From positions 2,790,001 through 2,854,000 of the forward strand of contig OU015567.1 of NCBI GenBank assembly GCA_907165135.1: a stretch of 64,000 nt of DNA. Direction: 5' to 3'. Below the pieces are notes generated by a model, which saw only the letters and a list, made by a program, of their open reading frames with translations, searched no databases and was not told where the DNA came from. Origin of the DNA: Oikopleura dioica. Lineage: Eukaryota > Animalia > Chordata. Both the position numbers and the translations under genes were made by a program. Below are positions 46,401 to 57,700 of this stretch, one piece after another. How positions within the stretch are numbered: the stretch's first letter is position 1; the number at the start of each line of letters is the position of its first letter.

Positions 46401-49400
46401 TCCAACAGACGTTTGAAGACGAAATCGCAAGTACTGCTGATCAACATGGTGGTCATGTCACAAATCAAGACTGCTCCACATCTAGCTATCCCAGGATCGC
46501 TGGCGAATCAAGATCGGCAGAACTTTATCTTCGACTAGACTTTGAAGTAGAGTTCAGTTTCGAGGGACGAAAATCTGAAAACGCAAGAAACGAACTTGGT
46601 GAGAATATTGGCTCAGGCGTCGAAACAATTGTTAATGAAAAAATCAATGACGGTTCTATCAATGCGATAGCACCAGTCGCTGTTGCAACTGAAGTTTCTG
46701 TGGAGAAAACTGTTGAGCCAACCACGACGACAACCACAACAACCACAACAACTACTTCAAGTACAACTACAACAACAACCACGACTACAAGCACAACGAC
46801 GACAACTACAAGTACGACAACGACTACAACAACTTCGACAACTACAACCACGACTACAAGTACAACAACTACGACTACATCGACAACATCAACTACAACG
46901 ACATCCACAACTACAAGCACGACGACGACGACAACAACAAGTACGACAACGACAACGACTACAACAACTTCGACAACTACAACCACGACTACAAGTACGA
47001 CAACTACAAGTACAACAACTACGACTACTACGACAACATCAACTACAACAACATCCACAACTACAAGCACGACGACGACGACAACAACAACTTCGACAAC
47101 TACAACCACAACTACAAGTACGACAACGCCAACGACGACAACTTCGACGACAACTACGACAACTACAACGTCTACGACAACGACACCTCTCGTCTGCTCC
47201 GAAACCCAGTTCCTCGCCTTGGATGAAGCATCGTGCATCGATTTCGCCTCCTGTGATGCTCTTAATTGCAACTCTTCTTGTTCTTGCAAATTAGGCCTTC
47301 AGAACGGAGAAAGCGCGGTCGATCATTCACAATGCAAATGCGAGGCAGAAAATCATTGCGAAAACCATAGCTGTAACGATTCTCAAGAATGTTCACAGAT
47401 ATTCACTTTTGCAGGATCATTCCCAGTCTGTAATTGTATTGATGGAACTGAAAAGCATCTTGACTTCACCAAGAATCCAGTTGAACTACTGTGCCTCAAT
47501 ATTGATGAATGTGCCCTTGGAACTGACACTTGCCCATCTACTGCAACGTGTATCGATCTTGTTCCCTCAAGTGATGAGCCAAAATTCACATGTCTTTGTG
47601 AGGAGGGTTTCATATTCGATGAGTCGTCTAATTCGTGTCTACTTGCAACTTGTGAGAATTTGAACTGTGATGTCTCGTGCTCCTGCAGAGCAAGTCTTGA
47701 AAATGGAGAAACTGCCGTCGATCACACCGATTGTAGATGCGAAGAAGTCGACTTCTGCGATGGCAGCTCATGTGCTGCTGGTCAATCATGCTCACAGATG
47801 TTGACTGACGCCGGTTCATTTCCCGTCTGTGACTGCATCGATGGAACTGAGCAGCAATTTGATTTCACTCAGAATCCAGTCCGAATGTCGTGCGTCAATA
47901 TCGATGAATGTGCCGTTGGTTCATACACTTGCCCTATCGACGCAAATTGTCTTGATCTGGATCCATCAATTGATGAATCCAAGTTCACCTGTACTTGCGA
48001 AGAAGGCTTCTTTTTCAATAAGTCATCTTATTCTTGTGAGCAAGCAACATGCGAGAATTTGAACTGCCCGAGTTCGTGCGCCTGTTTCAAAGGAGACATT
48101 GTTGATGACACTTACTGTAAGTGCCACTGGGAAGACGGATGTGCAAATAGATTTGATGGATCAGATGCCGATTTCGGATGCTCGATCGAAACTTGTTTCA
48201 ATATATTTGTCGCCAATGAAACTGATGTAAACTTCGGCTCATATTGCTCCTGTCCAGATGGAACAAGTGAGCAAATGCGATTCGTTGGCTCAGAAGTTCA
48301 ATTTGAATGCGAAAATATCAACGAATGCGAGACGGAAATTCCATGTGACTTGGAAACATCTGATTGTATCGATAGAAGTCCGGAACAAGATGGTGAAAAA
48401 TATGAATGTGTATGTCTCCCAGGATTCTTCATGAAAAACGATGTTTGTGAGAGAATGTCGTGTGAGAATCTCGATTGTGAAAATTCTTGCGCTTGTTTCT
48501 ACGAAGGCGATAATGTGATCAACAGCGACGATTGCATGTGCGTTGATGAAGATTTCTGTCAATTAGAAGGATCTGGTGAAGGATCGGGAGAAGGGTCTGG
48601 ATCGGGCGAGGCTTCTGGAGAAGCCCCAATTTGCGATTTCGGCAAATGCTCGAATATTTTCTCATTTGATATAAATGGCGGAGCTCATTTTGGAACTCAC
48701 TGCTCTTGCCGGGAGGGCACTGAAGATCGAATAATCTTTGAAGCCGGTCAAATGACGCACTCATGCGTGAATATTGATGAATGTTCTTTTGGCTCGGCAC
48801 TTTGTCCAGAAAACAGTTTCTGTATTGACGGTGATGCAACAGTCGGAGAAGAAGTATACCAGTGTTTCTGTAATGAAGGTTACCTAATGGAAGATGGTGT
48901 CTGCGTTTCTGCGAGCTGTGATGATCTGAATTGTGCTGATATTTGCGAGTGCGAAATAACCTCGGGAAATTTCTGCCGGTGCACGTCTGATGATCTTTGT
49001 GAAGCAAGTCCATGCGGATTTGGCAGACCAGAAAATTACAAGTGCAAGCAAGCGTACTATGGCATCGGTAATTCGATAACTGATTGCTCTTGCCAGGAAG
49101 GTTATGAATCGACAATTGATTTTACTGATAATTCCTGGCCGTGTATTGACGTTGATGAGTGCTCGGACTCCAATATCTGTGGAGAAGGCATTTGTGAGAA
49201 CAAAGAGTACAACGTTGACGGCACCTTCTATACATGCAGCTGCGAACATGGATTCATCTTTGACGAGGAGTCAAAGTCATGCGAGACTCCCGTTTATGAC
49301 GATCTTGTCAATCAAGGATTCACTGATGTTGAAATCATCTGCAAGGGCATTGAAGGAGCAGAGGGATCCGGATCTGGAGATGGATCAGGAGATCAAGAAT

Positions 49401-51390
49401 CAGAAATTGATATCGACTTATCTGAATGTTTTGCGAGAAGTGATGCTACGTGCGATTTGAGCTGCACCGGCGAAGCTGTCTGTGTGAACTATTTCCTCGG
49501 CGATATCGAAACCGCAGTAACAGCTGACCATCAATCAATCTGCAGATGCCCTCTCGGTCAAGACGCTTTGGGTGAAACCTGCGGCGAAGTCGAAGAAGTC
49601 ACAATTGTCAAATCCGATTTCTCTGTTCCATTAGACGAGCCGTACGAGGAAGCATATGACGATCCGAACTCGCCAGAATCGATAGCGAAATGCGAAGAAA
49701 TGAAAAAACAACTGCAAGCTGATCACGAAAACACTGCAACTGAAAACGGTGGATATATCGCCGACCATGAGTGCATACTGAGCCGATATGAGAACACTCC
49801 AGAGAACTCTCTCGCTAGATCAGAAAGATTCTTCAGTTTTGGACTAAAGATTGATATGAGCGTTTCTTTTGGCTTCCCAGGTCGCAAATCTGATAAAGAC
49901 AAGAAAGCACTTGGTCAAAAAGTGAACCTTGATGTTTCGGTGTCAATCAATCTTGGTATTCAATCTGGTGGAATCAATTCCGCGGCAACTAATATCAATG
50001 TGACAATCGATATCTCCGTGAACATTAATGTCAACCCCACCACAACGACCACCACAACGACCACCACAACAACGACTACGAATCCATGCTTCGGTTTCTG
50101 CTGCGACAAAGCTCCAAACTCGCTCCAAGCGCATCCAGAATGTGAGAAGTTCTATCAATGTGGGCTTCCTTCTCAGACATTTGTAAAATCTTGCGGACCA
50201 GGAACTGTTTTCGACCCGATTTCAAAAATCTGTAATTGGCCATCCATTGTCGATACTAGCAACTGCTTCATGCCAACAACCACGACAGATGTTCCGACAA
50301 CAACTGAGCTGACGACCGCAACAACTGAGCCCGTTTCAACTACGACAACAATTGTTACGACAACAACAACGTTTGAGACAACCACTACGCAGCCACTTGT
50401 ACCATGCCCGTCGGATTGCTGGGTCATGACCACCGAAGGGTGCAGACCGAAAACTGGCATGGCAGAAGTGTCCTGCTCAACAAGTTCAATGAATGCTGTC
50501 ATCGATCAGGAATGATTTTAAAGGTAATACCTTCCCTAATTATCAAATAGAATTTCTTTTGAAAAAATTTTCGATTCTGAATTTTTTTTTTTCAAAATCA
50601 CAAAAAGTGTCTTTTCTCAGAATACAATTACAACGCAGCTTGGATCGACGGTGGCTCCTCTGACTGTAAATCTTCCGGTGTCATCGACTCAAATTCATAC
50701 CTGAACATGACAACTGAGCTTGACAACTGTGGTACTGAAGTCTTCCAGCAGTCGGATAAGCTTATCTTCCGAAATACAATCACCATCTTCCAGGACTCCG
50801 GAATCTTCACCCTATCAAACGCGATCCTCCTCAGCTTTGAGTGTCATTATGACAGTACAGTTGACGTCACAGATACAATAACAGTCCATGATGTCGTCGG
50901 CAAAGGATCAGACTCGAGCGATGGAGAATTCCAATTCAACCTGGTCAAATATGTCTCTGAAAGCTTCACTCAACCAGTTCCATCACAAGACATCATCAGA
51001 GTTGGTGAGGAAGTTTTCTTTGCCGTCGAAGCGCCAAATCTGCCACAGAATGTCAATTTCATGGTGAAGGAGTGTACGGTTGTGAATGCGGAGCATAATC
51101 AAAGCTTCAAATTTATCGAGGAAGGAGTGGCGAATCAAATGGTTGGAGCGGAATTCTTGAATGAACTGCCATTCGATCAGGAACTTGGCTTACTATTATT
51201 TTTTATCTTTGCAATCTCATTTATTTTTAAGATCAGATTTTATATAAGCCATTGAAAGACTAACTCGGCGAAAATAAAGTTCACCGCTTTCCGATTCGAT
51301 CTTGGAGATGACTACAGTCCGATGACAGAAGAGATCATCTGCGCTGTCGTTGTTTGCGACAAGTCTGATTCTCAATCAATCTGCAATTGA
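43438..51390 (+). CDS. ~2560-aa secreted matrix protein: Cys-rich/Ca-EGF modules, Thr mucin tracts, Ser-Gly clusters, duplicated SEA-like blocks, chitin-binding domain, C-terminal ZP module
   Basis: Exons 43438-43712, 43798-50509, 50608-51180 and 51259-51390 total 7692 nt in one frame. Signal MKLAFLLLTVGHIAG; repeated (N/D)IDEC/NEC Ca-EGF starts; ZP-type CSTSSMNAVIDQC..CGT..FECHY and C..CTV..FTAFRF..CAVVVC. No terminal TM helix. Confidence 0.9.
44837..45108 (+). repeat. Thr/Ser (ACN)n mucin tract 1
   Basis: Imperfect ACN trinucleotide array in frame with the giant ORF. Confidence 0.9.
45528..45907 (+). repeat. Thr-rich (ACN)n mucin tract 2
   Basis: Imperfect ACN array with an internal 30-bp duplication (ACAACCACTACCACGACAACAACGCCTACAACT). 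Confidence 0.9.
46721..47186 (+). repeat. Thr-rich (ACN)n mucin tract 3 with higher-order duplication
   Basis: The block starting ACAACATCAACTACAAC..ACATCCACAACTACAAGCACGACGACGACGACAACAACA recurs at ~46886 and ~47033. Confidence 0.9.
50087..50266 (+). other. Chitin-binding type-2 (peritrophin-A/CBM14-like) domain within the giant protein
   Basis: C..CDKAPNSLQAHPECEKFYQC...FVKSCGPGTVFDPISKICNWP..TSNC has the CBM14 six-Cys and aromatic pattern. Confidence 0.85.
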
Positions 51391-52072
51391 GAAAGAACCA
51401 ACGAACAAAACTGGAAAAACGAATATAAAATTTTGAGAAACCATTTTGTCAAAATTTGCCTGGACTGACTTGAATACTGGAAACATTTTATTTTATCTTT
51501 TTCTTTATCTTCTTTCTGCATAATAAACATCTCAAGAATGTTAATTGAAGTTTTCTGAATTTAACAAATTACTGAAGGAGACCACCTCTCTGGGCGATAC
51601 TCAGCGGCACAAGGGGTCGGCATCAAGTATTCATTGCCTCCCCGTGTCAGAACCTTGCTTCATTGACCCTCACAATAATAGAGAAGAACAAAAGTTCCTT
51701 CCTAGGTTCAAGAACTTAGGCCAGAGAAAATGGCGACGGAAACGGCGACTCTTCAGCTTCCCAGCACCGGCTTACCTGCAGGAAAAATTTCAAATTAAAC
51801 TTTTTTTTTTCTAGAGAATTAAAGTGAAACAATAAAATACCAAAATGATATTATATGAAATTTTTTTTCAATTAATAGATATTGAAAATAATCCTCAATC
51901 ACTTGTACAGGTGTCCTTGTTAAGGTTAGCATAATTTGAAGAATGTTATACATCTACATAAAATGATTCATTATATTTCTGAAATTTCATAAAGAGCCAT
52001 CTGTCTACCCCAATCACGGTTTCTACGACCAACTTCTCCTTGTCATCTTCGGCTGTCTCTACAAATACCGCG

Positions 52073-52821
52073 CGTAGTATGATCTCAAAATTCGGCCACC
52101 TATAGCCGAATTATTCGTCTGAATTTTCAATCATTCTGAATGAAAAATTCGGCCAAACTGGCCGAATTATTGGGCAGATTTCACAAAGTATTCTGGTGAA
52201 AAATTCGGTCAGCGAAATTCTGGGTGGACACTCATTATTCTTTTTTGAGGGCTCTTTCAATCGCTATGAATGCTTGTTATCAATTCTGATAATTCGAATA
52301 TCTAGGAATGTAACTCGACTTTTCATTACCACGAAAATTCCGATCGACCTCGTTATAATAATAACTGATTTGCCCTAGATGGCTAGGAGAAAGTTGCAGC
52401 TCCCCCAAGACTATTTTTTCGTCAAGAAAATTATAATTGTAGTATTGCTAGTATAAAGGTTAGGGTTAGGGGGCACCTGCAAAAATGACGGAACAAATTA
52501 CCCGAGGGGGATAGGCTAGGGTTAGTTAGGGTTACCGAAGGTAACCCTAAGTAACCCTAGACTAGACCCCGGCATCTTAGGCCCGAAGGGGCGGAGCCCC
52601 GAGGTTAGGACCATTTGATTAGATTATTTTCTTCTGATAAAATGGAGACTCTGAATAAATTAGTGGGTTTAGGACGCGGCCTTTATTCTTGGGGACCGAA
52701 TTTTTCATTCAAAAATCGTTCAATTTCGGTCGAAAAATTCGGCCAACCTGGCCGAATTATTCATTCAAAATATGAGTTTATGAAAATTCGGCATTTGGCC
52801 GAATTTTGAGATCATACTACC
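52073..52821. mobile_element. 749-bp MITE with 8-bp TSD
   Basis: 25-bp perfect TIR GTAGTATGATCTCAAAATTCGGCCA (52074-52098 / 52796-52820), one mismatched terminal base; TSD ATACCGCG at 52065-52072 and 52822-52829; subterminal AAAATTCGGCC..GGCCGAATT palindromes. Confidence 0.88.
52458..52607. repeat. TTAGGG-containing hairpin cassette inside the MITE
   Basis: GGTTAGGGTTAGGG; 11-bp stem TTAGGGTTACC-GAA-GGTAACCCTAA (52526-52550); CCC-GAA-GGG (52582-52590); GGGGC-GGA-GCCCC (52588-52600). Confidence 0.8.
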
Positions 52822-53055
52822 ATACCGCGAAGAAAAGCCTCATATTTGCAGCCTTCGTATGCACAGCTGTAACAATGCCAGCTACAGGCCAAAAAGAACG
52901 TTTCGAAAGAAGACGGAAAAGGCAACGATAATGTCGAAAATTGACGAAAAAACAAAGGCCCGTTGATTTTTAATATTAGATGATGGACAACTTTGATTTC
53001 GGGCAATCAGTCCTTTGGAATCAATTTTTAAAAAAGAAACGCCTCAAGTTCTGAA

Positions 53056-53614
53056 TTGGCGCGAGGCTTCTTAACCGCTCGGTTCAATAATCTTAAAACA
53101 AAGAATACGGGATATTGTCTGATAGACTCGTTCTCCTCAAAATTTAAGATCAACGGAAAAAAGATCGTTATTACAGAGGCTCTGACAAAAATCGAAACGA
53201 GACTTGCGCCTAAAGGCCTGCATGTTCTAGTTGGAGTCGGGAAAGGGCCTGAACTTGTGGTTAGAAACTGATTCTAGAGCTAGAAGAGTTCATTTTGAAG
53301 CCATTTGGAGTGGTTCGAAGATCCAGCGATTCTTGATGTTCCTTTGTGTCTTAGAGGAGAGGTCTTTAACCCAGATCATTTATCGCATTCAAAGGTACGA
53401 GTCATTTTTGAGACGAGAGAATAAGGGTGTCATTAAGATTGCTGCTCTGAAGAACCAGGAAAACGAAATCCTCTTCATCATGCGAAAAGTCCAAATAATC
53501 CCGAACCTCATTCACGGAAGAGGTTTTACAATAGATCTTTACAATATGGATGGCTCGTGCAATATTGACAGGGTTCAAAATTATCCACCGAATGTCAATG
53601 AGATTGTTGAATAA
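53056..53614 (+). other. Coding-like region without a consistent model (possible decayed or orphan gene)
   Basis: Overlapping ORFs 53056-53271 and 53231-53614 with protein-like composition but no recognisable motif. Confidence 0.22.
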
Positions 53615-54731
53615 TTTTGAGAAAGAAATTGAATGGAGCGCGAGTTGCCACTGCTGCGCAGTTTGTCTTTGTCGACGCTTTGTGATCATAAGGTCGAATG
53701 GCGTTATTGTTGGAAAGATTCAACAGTTGTGCAAAGTTTTTCTTCCAGGTCTCGTTTGTCGATCAGCTTAGTTTTCTTCCGGGGTTATACCGGGGTACTT
53801 ATAAGATTAGATTATCACAGAATCTTTTTCCAGGAAACCATAAAAAGATATTACAAAAGCAAAATATATTTTTTTTTATTTTGTAGATGAACGACGCCAA
53901 TTAAATATCACAATTTTTGTTTGTACGATCAGGGTAATCTATAAGTTCTGGTTATTTAAAACACTTGTCATCTATTGAAAACTTTTTCCTGAACAAGAAA
54001 AGCCTTCGAAGTCCAAGATGCCCAAGGAGCACCTGTCTGTCGAATTCGTGGGCCTGTCCTTAGTTTTCCCTGCCACAAGTAAAACCTAAATTTGAACTCT
54101 CATTCTCATCATTTTAGCCGCCTGAGCTTCCCAATTCTCTCCATGGAAAAATTCGGCATTGGAACAATTTCTAAATTCGACAATCTACACTTAAAACTTC
54201 CAAGGTACAAGCCTATCTAAAAGTAGCCAAATTATGCATGAATGTCTTACTTGTCTCCTTTAGTACTCTAAATGTGGAACACAAAGCTCTTCTCATCGCT
54301 GCTGCTATGCTCTTTGATGATTTATTCTTTTAAATAATAAAAGAGACAAGAAGTTTCTTCAGTTTTGGTTACTTTATTTTAAAAAATGAAAGGTGCTTTA
54401 TTAACAAAAGAATATAAAAAAGAGGGATTTTTAATTATCAGAAAAGGAGTGAAAAGAGTTAAGAACACCAGCTTCACGAGAATTGAGACAACGGCAAAAA
54501 GAAAGAATATTTTTTGTTTTTCATTTTTTGAGCAATCAGGAAGCAGCTTGAGTTGTTTTGCGAGTTGTGATAAATATTTTCCGGGCTATCTAAAAAAGCC
54601 TTCGATTAGGGCTGTTCTGCTCATTGAAACTTACCGGTATGAAGTCGTGATTGGTTGGCAAGGCACAAGTAATAATCCTACGGCGAAAGAAATAGTTTAA
54701 CCGTTGAAGCGGCAAGCTGGTCGTGCTTTGT

Positions 54732-57700
54732 TCAATGTTCGCCAGATGGCGCCGCTGCTGCTTTTTCGCTCGTGAAATGATCACTGATGCCTTCGTCTTT
54801 CAAAAGTGACGTTTCGTCCTTTTTCTCGTCGATAGTTTGTTCTTTCGATTCTTCAACTTCCGAAGCGGGGAGTTCAACTTCACTTGGCTCGACTACTTCC
54901 ACGTTTTCAGCGGAGGTTTCCGAGAGGCCTGCTGCGCCGGAATCGTCGGTTTTGTTCAGAGCTGCGACTCCTTCTTTTATGCTCTCCTGAAGAGAATTTT
55001 TAAAACAAAACCATAACAGAGCAGTGATGAAGAGTTTTATATAGTTTAAATACTTTAAAAAATTGATTTGATAATCTAAGTTTCACAAACATCGTTAGTT
55101 CTGTCATATTCTTTATCAATTAATATGAGATTTTAATTTATACTAGCACTAAACTCGTATTTGTACCCGAAATTCTTACCTTGATGATCGCGTCTTCAAG
55201 CTCCTTCGGATCACTTCCTTGATAGCTTTCCTCACCCTTCGGCTCCTCATCATTCTGTTCAACCTTCTCTTTCTCAGTCGAAGAAGCTGGTTCGCTGTTG
55301 ATCGCGTCGACCGCGCTGCTGATCGCCTGTTTGACCAAATCGGTTTCTTCCAGAATCTCATCCACCTCTTCGTCCTCCACCTGAGCTGGCTCCGATTCTT
55401 CAGAAGGTCTAGAAAGAGCTTTGACGGCTTCCTCGATCGCGGCTTTTTCTTCTGGGTCTGGAATGACTGTCAGAGGAATCTCGGGAGAATCCTCCTTTGG
55501 CTCGGGAATCGAGGCTTCTTTTTGTTCTTCGGGGGCGGGAGATGGTGATTTTCGGGCAGAGTTGTCTTGCGATTCTTGGACATCAGAGATCGCGGTCTCG
55601 ATTTCCGGGAATTCTTAAGATAATTGTATTCAAAAAAAAAGAAAAATTGTTTGCAAAAAAAAAAGAATATGTTTTTTTTTCAACCAACCTTTAGTTTCAA
55701 TTTCTTTGATTTCTTCTAAGTTGTCCTCTCCATCGTCTTTTTCCTCACCGACTTCTTCGACCTTTCCTTCTTCTACTTTTTCATCGTCAACCTTGCGATC
55801 GTCGATTTCCGCCGAGGACGAGACGATTTCAATCTGATCTTCCGGGTCAATTTTCTCCTCAAGAACTGGAATCTCTTCCGCCTTTTCTTCAGAAATTTCT
55901 GGCTCAGTTTCCTTATTGTCCTCGTTGATTTCGTCCACTGGCTCGTCCACAGTTTTTTGCTTGGTTTCAGCGGAAGTTTCTTCGACTTGAGTTGGTTCTG
56001 ATGACTCAGCGTCTTCGGTTTTTTCGATGACTTCTTCATTTTTCTCTTGATCTTCGTCTTTTGCTTTCTGAACGGCTTCGCTGACGAGTTCTCCGACGAA
56101 TTTGTCAACATCGGCGCTTTCATCAACTTTCACCTCGTCGACGATTTCTTCCTCTTGCTTCTCTTCTTCTTCTTGAGGAGCGAAGCTCGAGCTCCTGAGC
56201 TCTGCAATTTCCTCCTTGACTTCTTCAGTAACTTGCTACAAAATGAATTGTTAGTTGGGAAAACGATGAGTTCACTCCACGAACATCAAAAATATTTCAC
56301 AAAACATTTTGTCAAAAAATGAGCACTGATTTTAGTCAGGACATTTAGTTATAAACCTGTTCCAAAGCAAATTCAGTTTGGATATTTTCTAAAGATTTTC
56401 GTCAAAATGAAGGTTTTTAAGAAAATGAACCTGGAGCTTCATCTTCGAGAACTAGCTTATCCGATCGGACTTTTTCGAGAGACTCTGACTCAGTTATCGA
56501 GGCGATCGATTCAGAAGTGGCGGTAGCGGCATTAGCGCTTTTCTCGATTTCCACGGAGGTTGATGTTTTTTCGACCGTTTCTGTCGACTCTTGTGTTGCC
56601 TTGAGAAAGTAAAGAATATTTCAAAATGAAACTGCTTACGGAAACTTGGACGATTGGTTCGCTCTTGGTCATGGCATCTTCAAGAATGGTATTCATGATG
56701 TTGTTGTCATCCAGATCATCTTCGTCTTGGAGATTTTCTTGAAGACCAGTGTCAACTGATCGACTGGAAACGAGGACAGGAACTCGTTGAAGTTGACATG
56801 AACTTTTTCTGTAGCCGGTTTCTTCGGGAACAGAAAGAGGCTCTAGAAATATTTTTTGTAAATTTGCAAATGAAAAAGAGAGCGTTACCTTCATATTCAG
56901 GTTCAACATCGGGCGAATCATTATTATCCATGATCGTTGTCGACTCAACGCTGAAGAATTCATCGTCATTTTCCTCGACGACTTTGTTTTCTTCCATTTT
57001 GCGCTGACTCTCCATGATGATATTAGCCACGGCCTCGGAAGAAAGATCATCTTCGATTGAACTCGAAGTCAACATTGGATTTTTGAAGCAATTGATTTCG
57101 CTCAAGTCGCTCGCATCCTGACTCAGGTCTTGCTCGCTGTTGGAAATTTGTAGGGGTTGAATAGTTGGCTCTGCAATTTCTCGAACAGGCTCGGCAATGA
57201 TGACTGTCTGGTCGTTTTCTGATTCTGTTAGGGTAACAGCTGATGGTTCGGAACCGTCCGAGACTTCTGCAACGAAGTGATCAGATGATTCGAGCTCTGG
57301 CATTTTTTCTGTCGGAAGTTCGACGACTGCTGTCTGGTTTACTTTCGCTTCTTCTTCTGGATTCGTGTCTAGGACTTCAGTCATAACTTCGTCGGCACCT
57401 TCTTTCTCGTCATCAAAATCTTGAGATTGTGCTGATTTATCAAGGATTTTTTCATCATTATCGCAAAAGACCTTAGTTAGACTTTCTTGGTCGATATTTT
57501 CAGACTCTTCCGCGTCGTTTATAGCTGTAATATTTTGACTTTCGATGATATCAACTTCATCTGTTATCTTCTGCTCATCGGAAATTTCTTGAGGAACTTC
57601 TTTACAATCATCGATTTTTTCAGCAATAATGACTTTCTCAGCATCTAAAACTTCTTCTTTTGATTCATGAGCAATCACGAGTCCTTCTTCCCCACATTGT

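Larger units (their letters stand above)
51997..52966 (+). pseudogene. Possible dual-specificity-phosphatase-like C-terminal fragment split by the 52073-52821 MITE
   Basis: PSVYPNHGFYDQLLL resembles the DSP PNxGFxxQL motif, and the frame stays open across the empty site. No HCxxGxSR motif was found upstream. Confidence 0.28.

Noticed and set aside
44794-47289. Long poly-Val ORFs on the minus strand and a Gln/Arg/Leu ORF in another plus frame
   Set aside because: Shadows of the (ACN)n Thr tracts, which lack stops in other frames.
52458-52560. TTAGGG motifs as an interstitial telomere or fusion scar
   Set aside because: Only a few non-contiguous units, arranged as a hairpin inside a TIR element; reported as a hairpin cassette instead.
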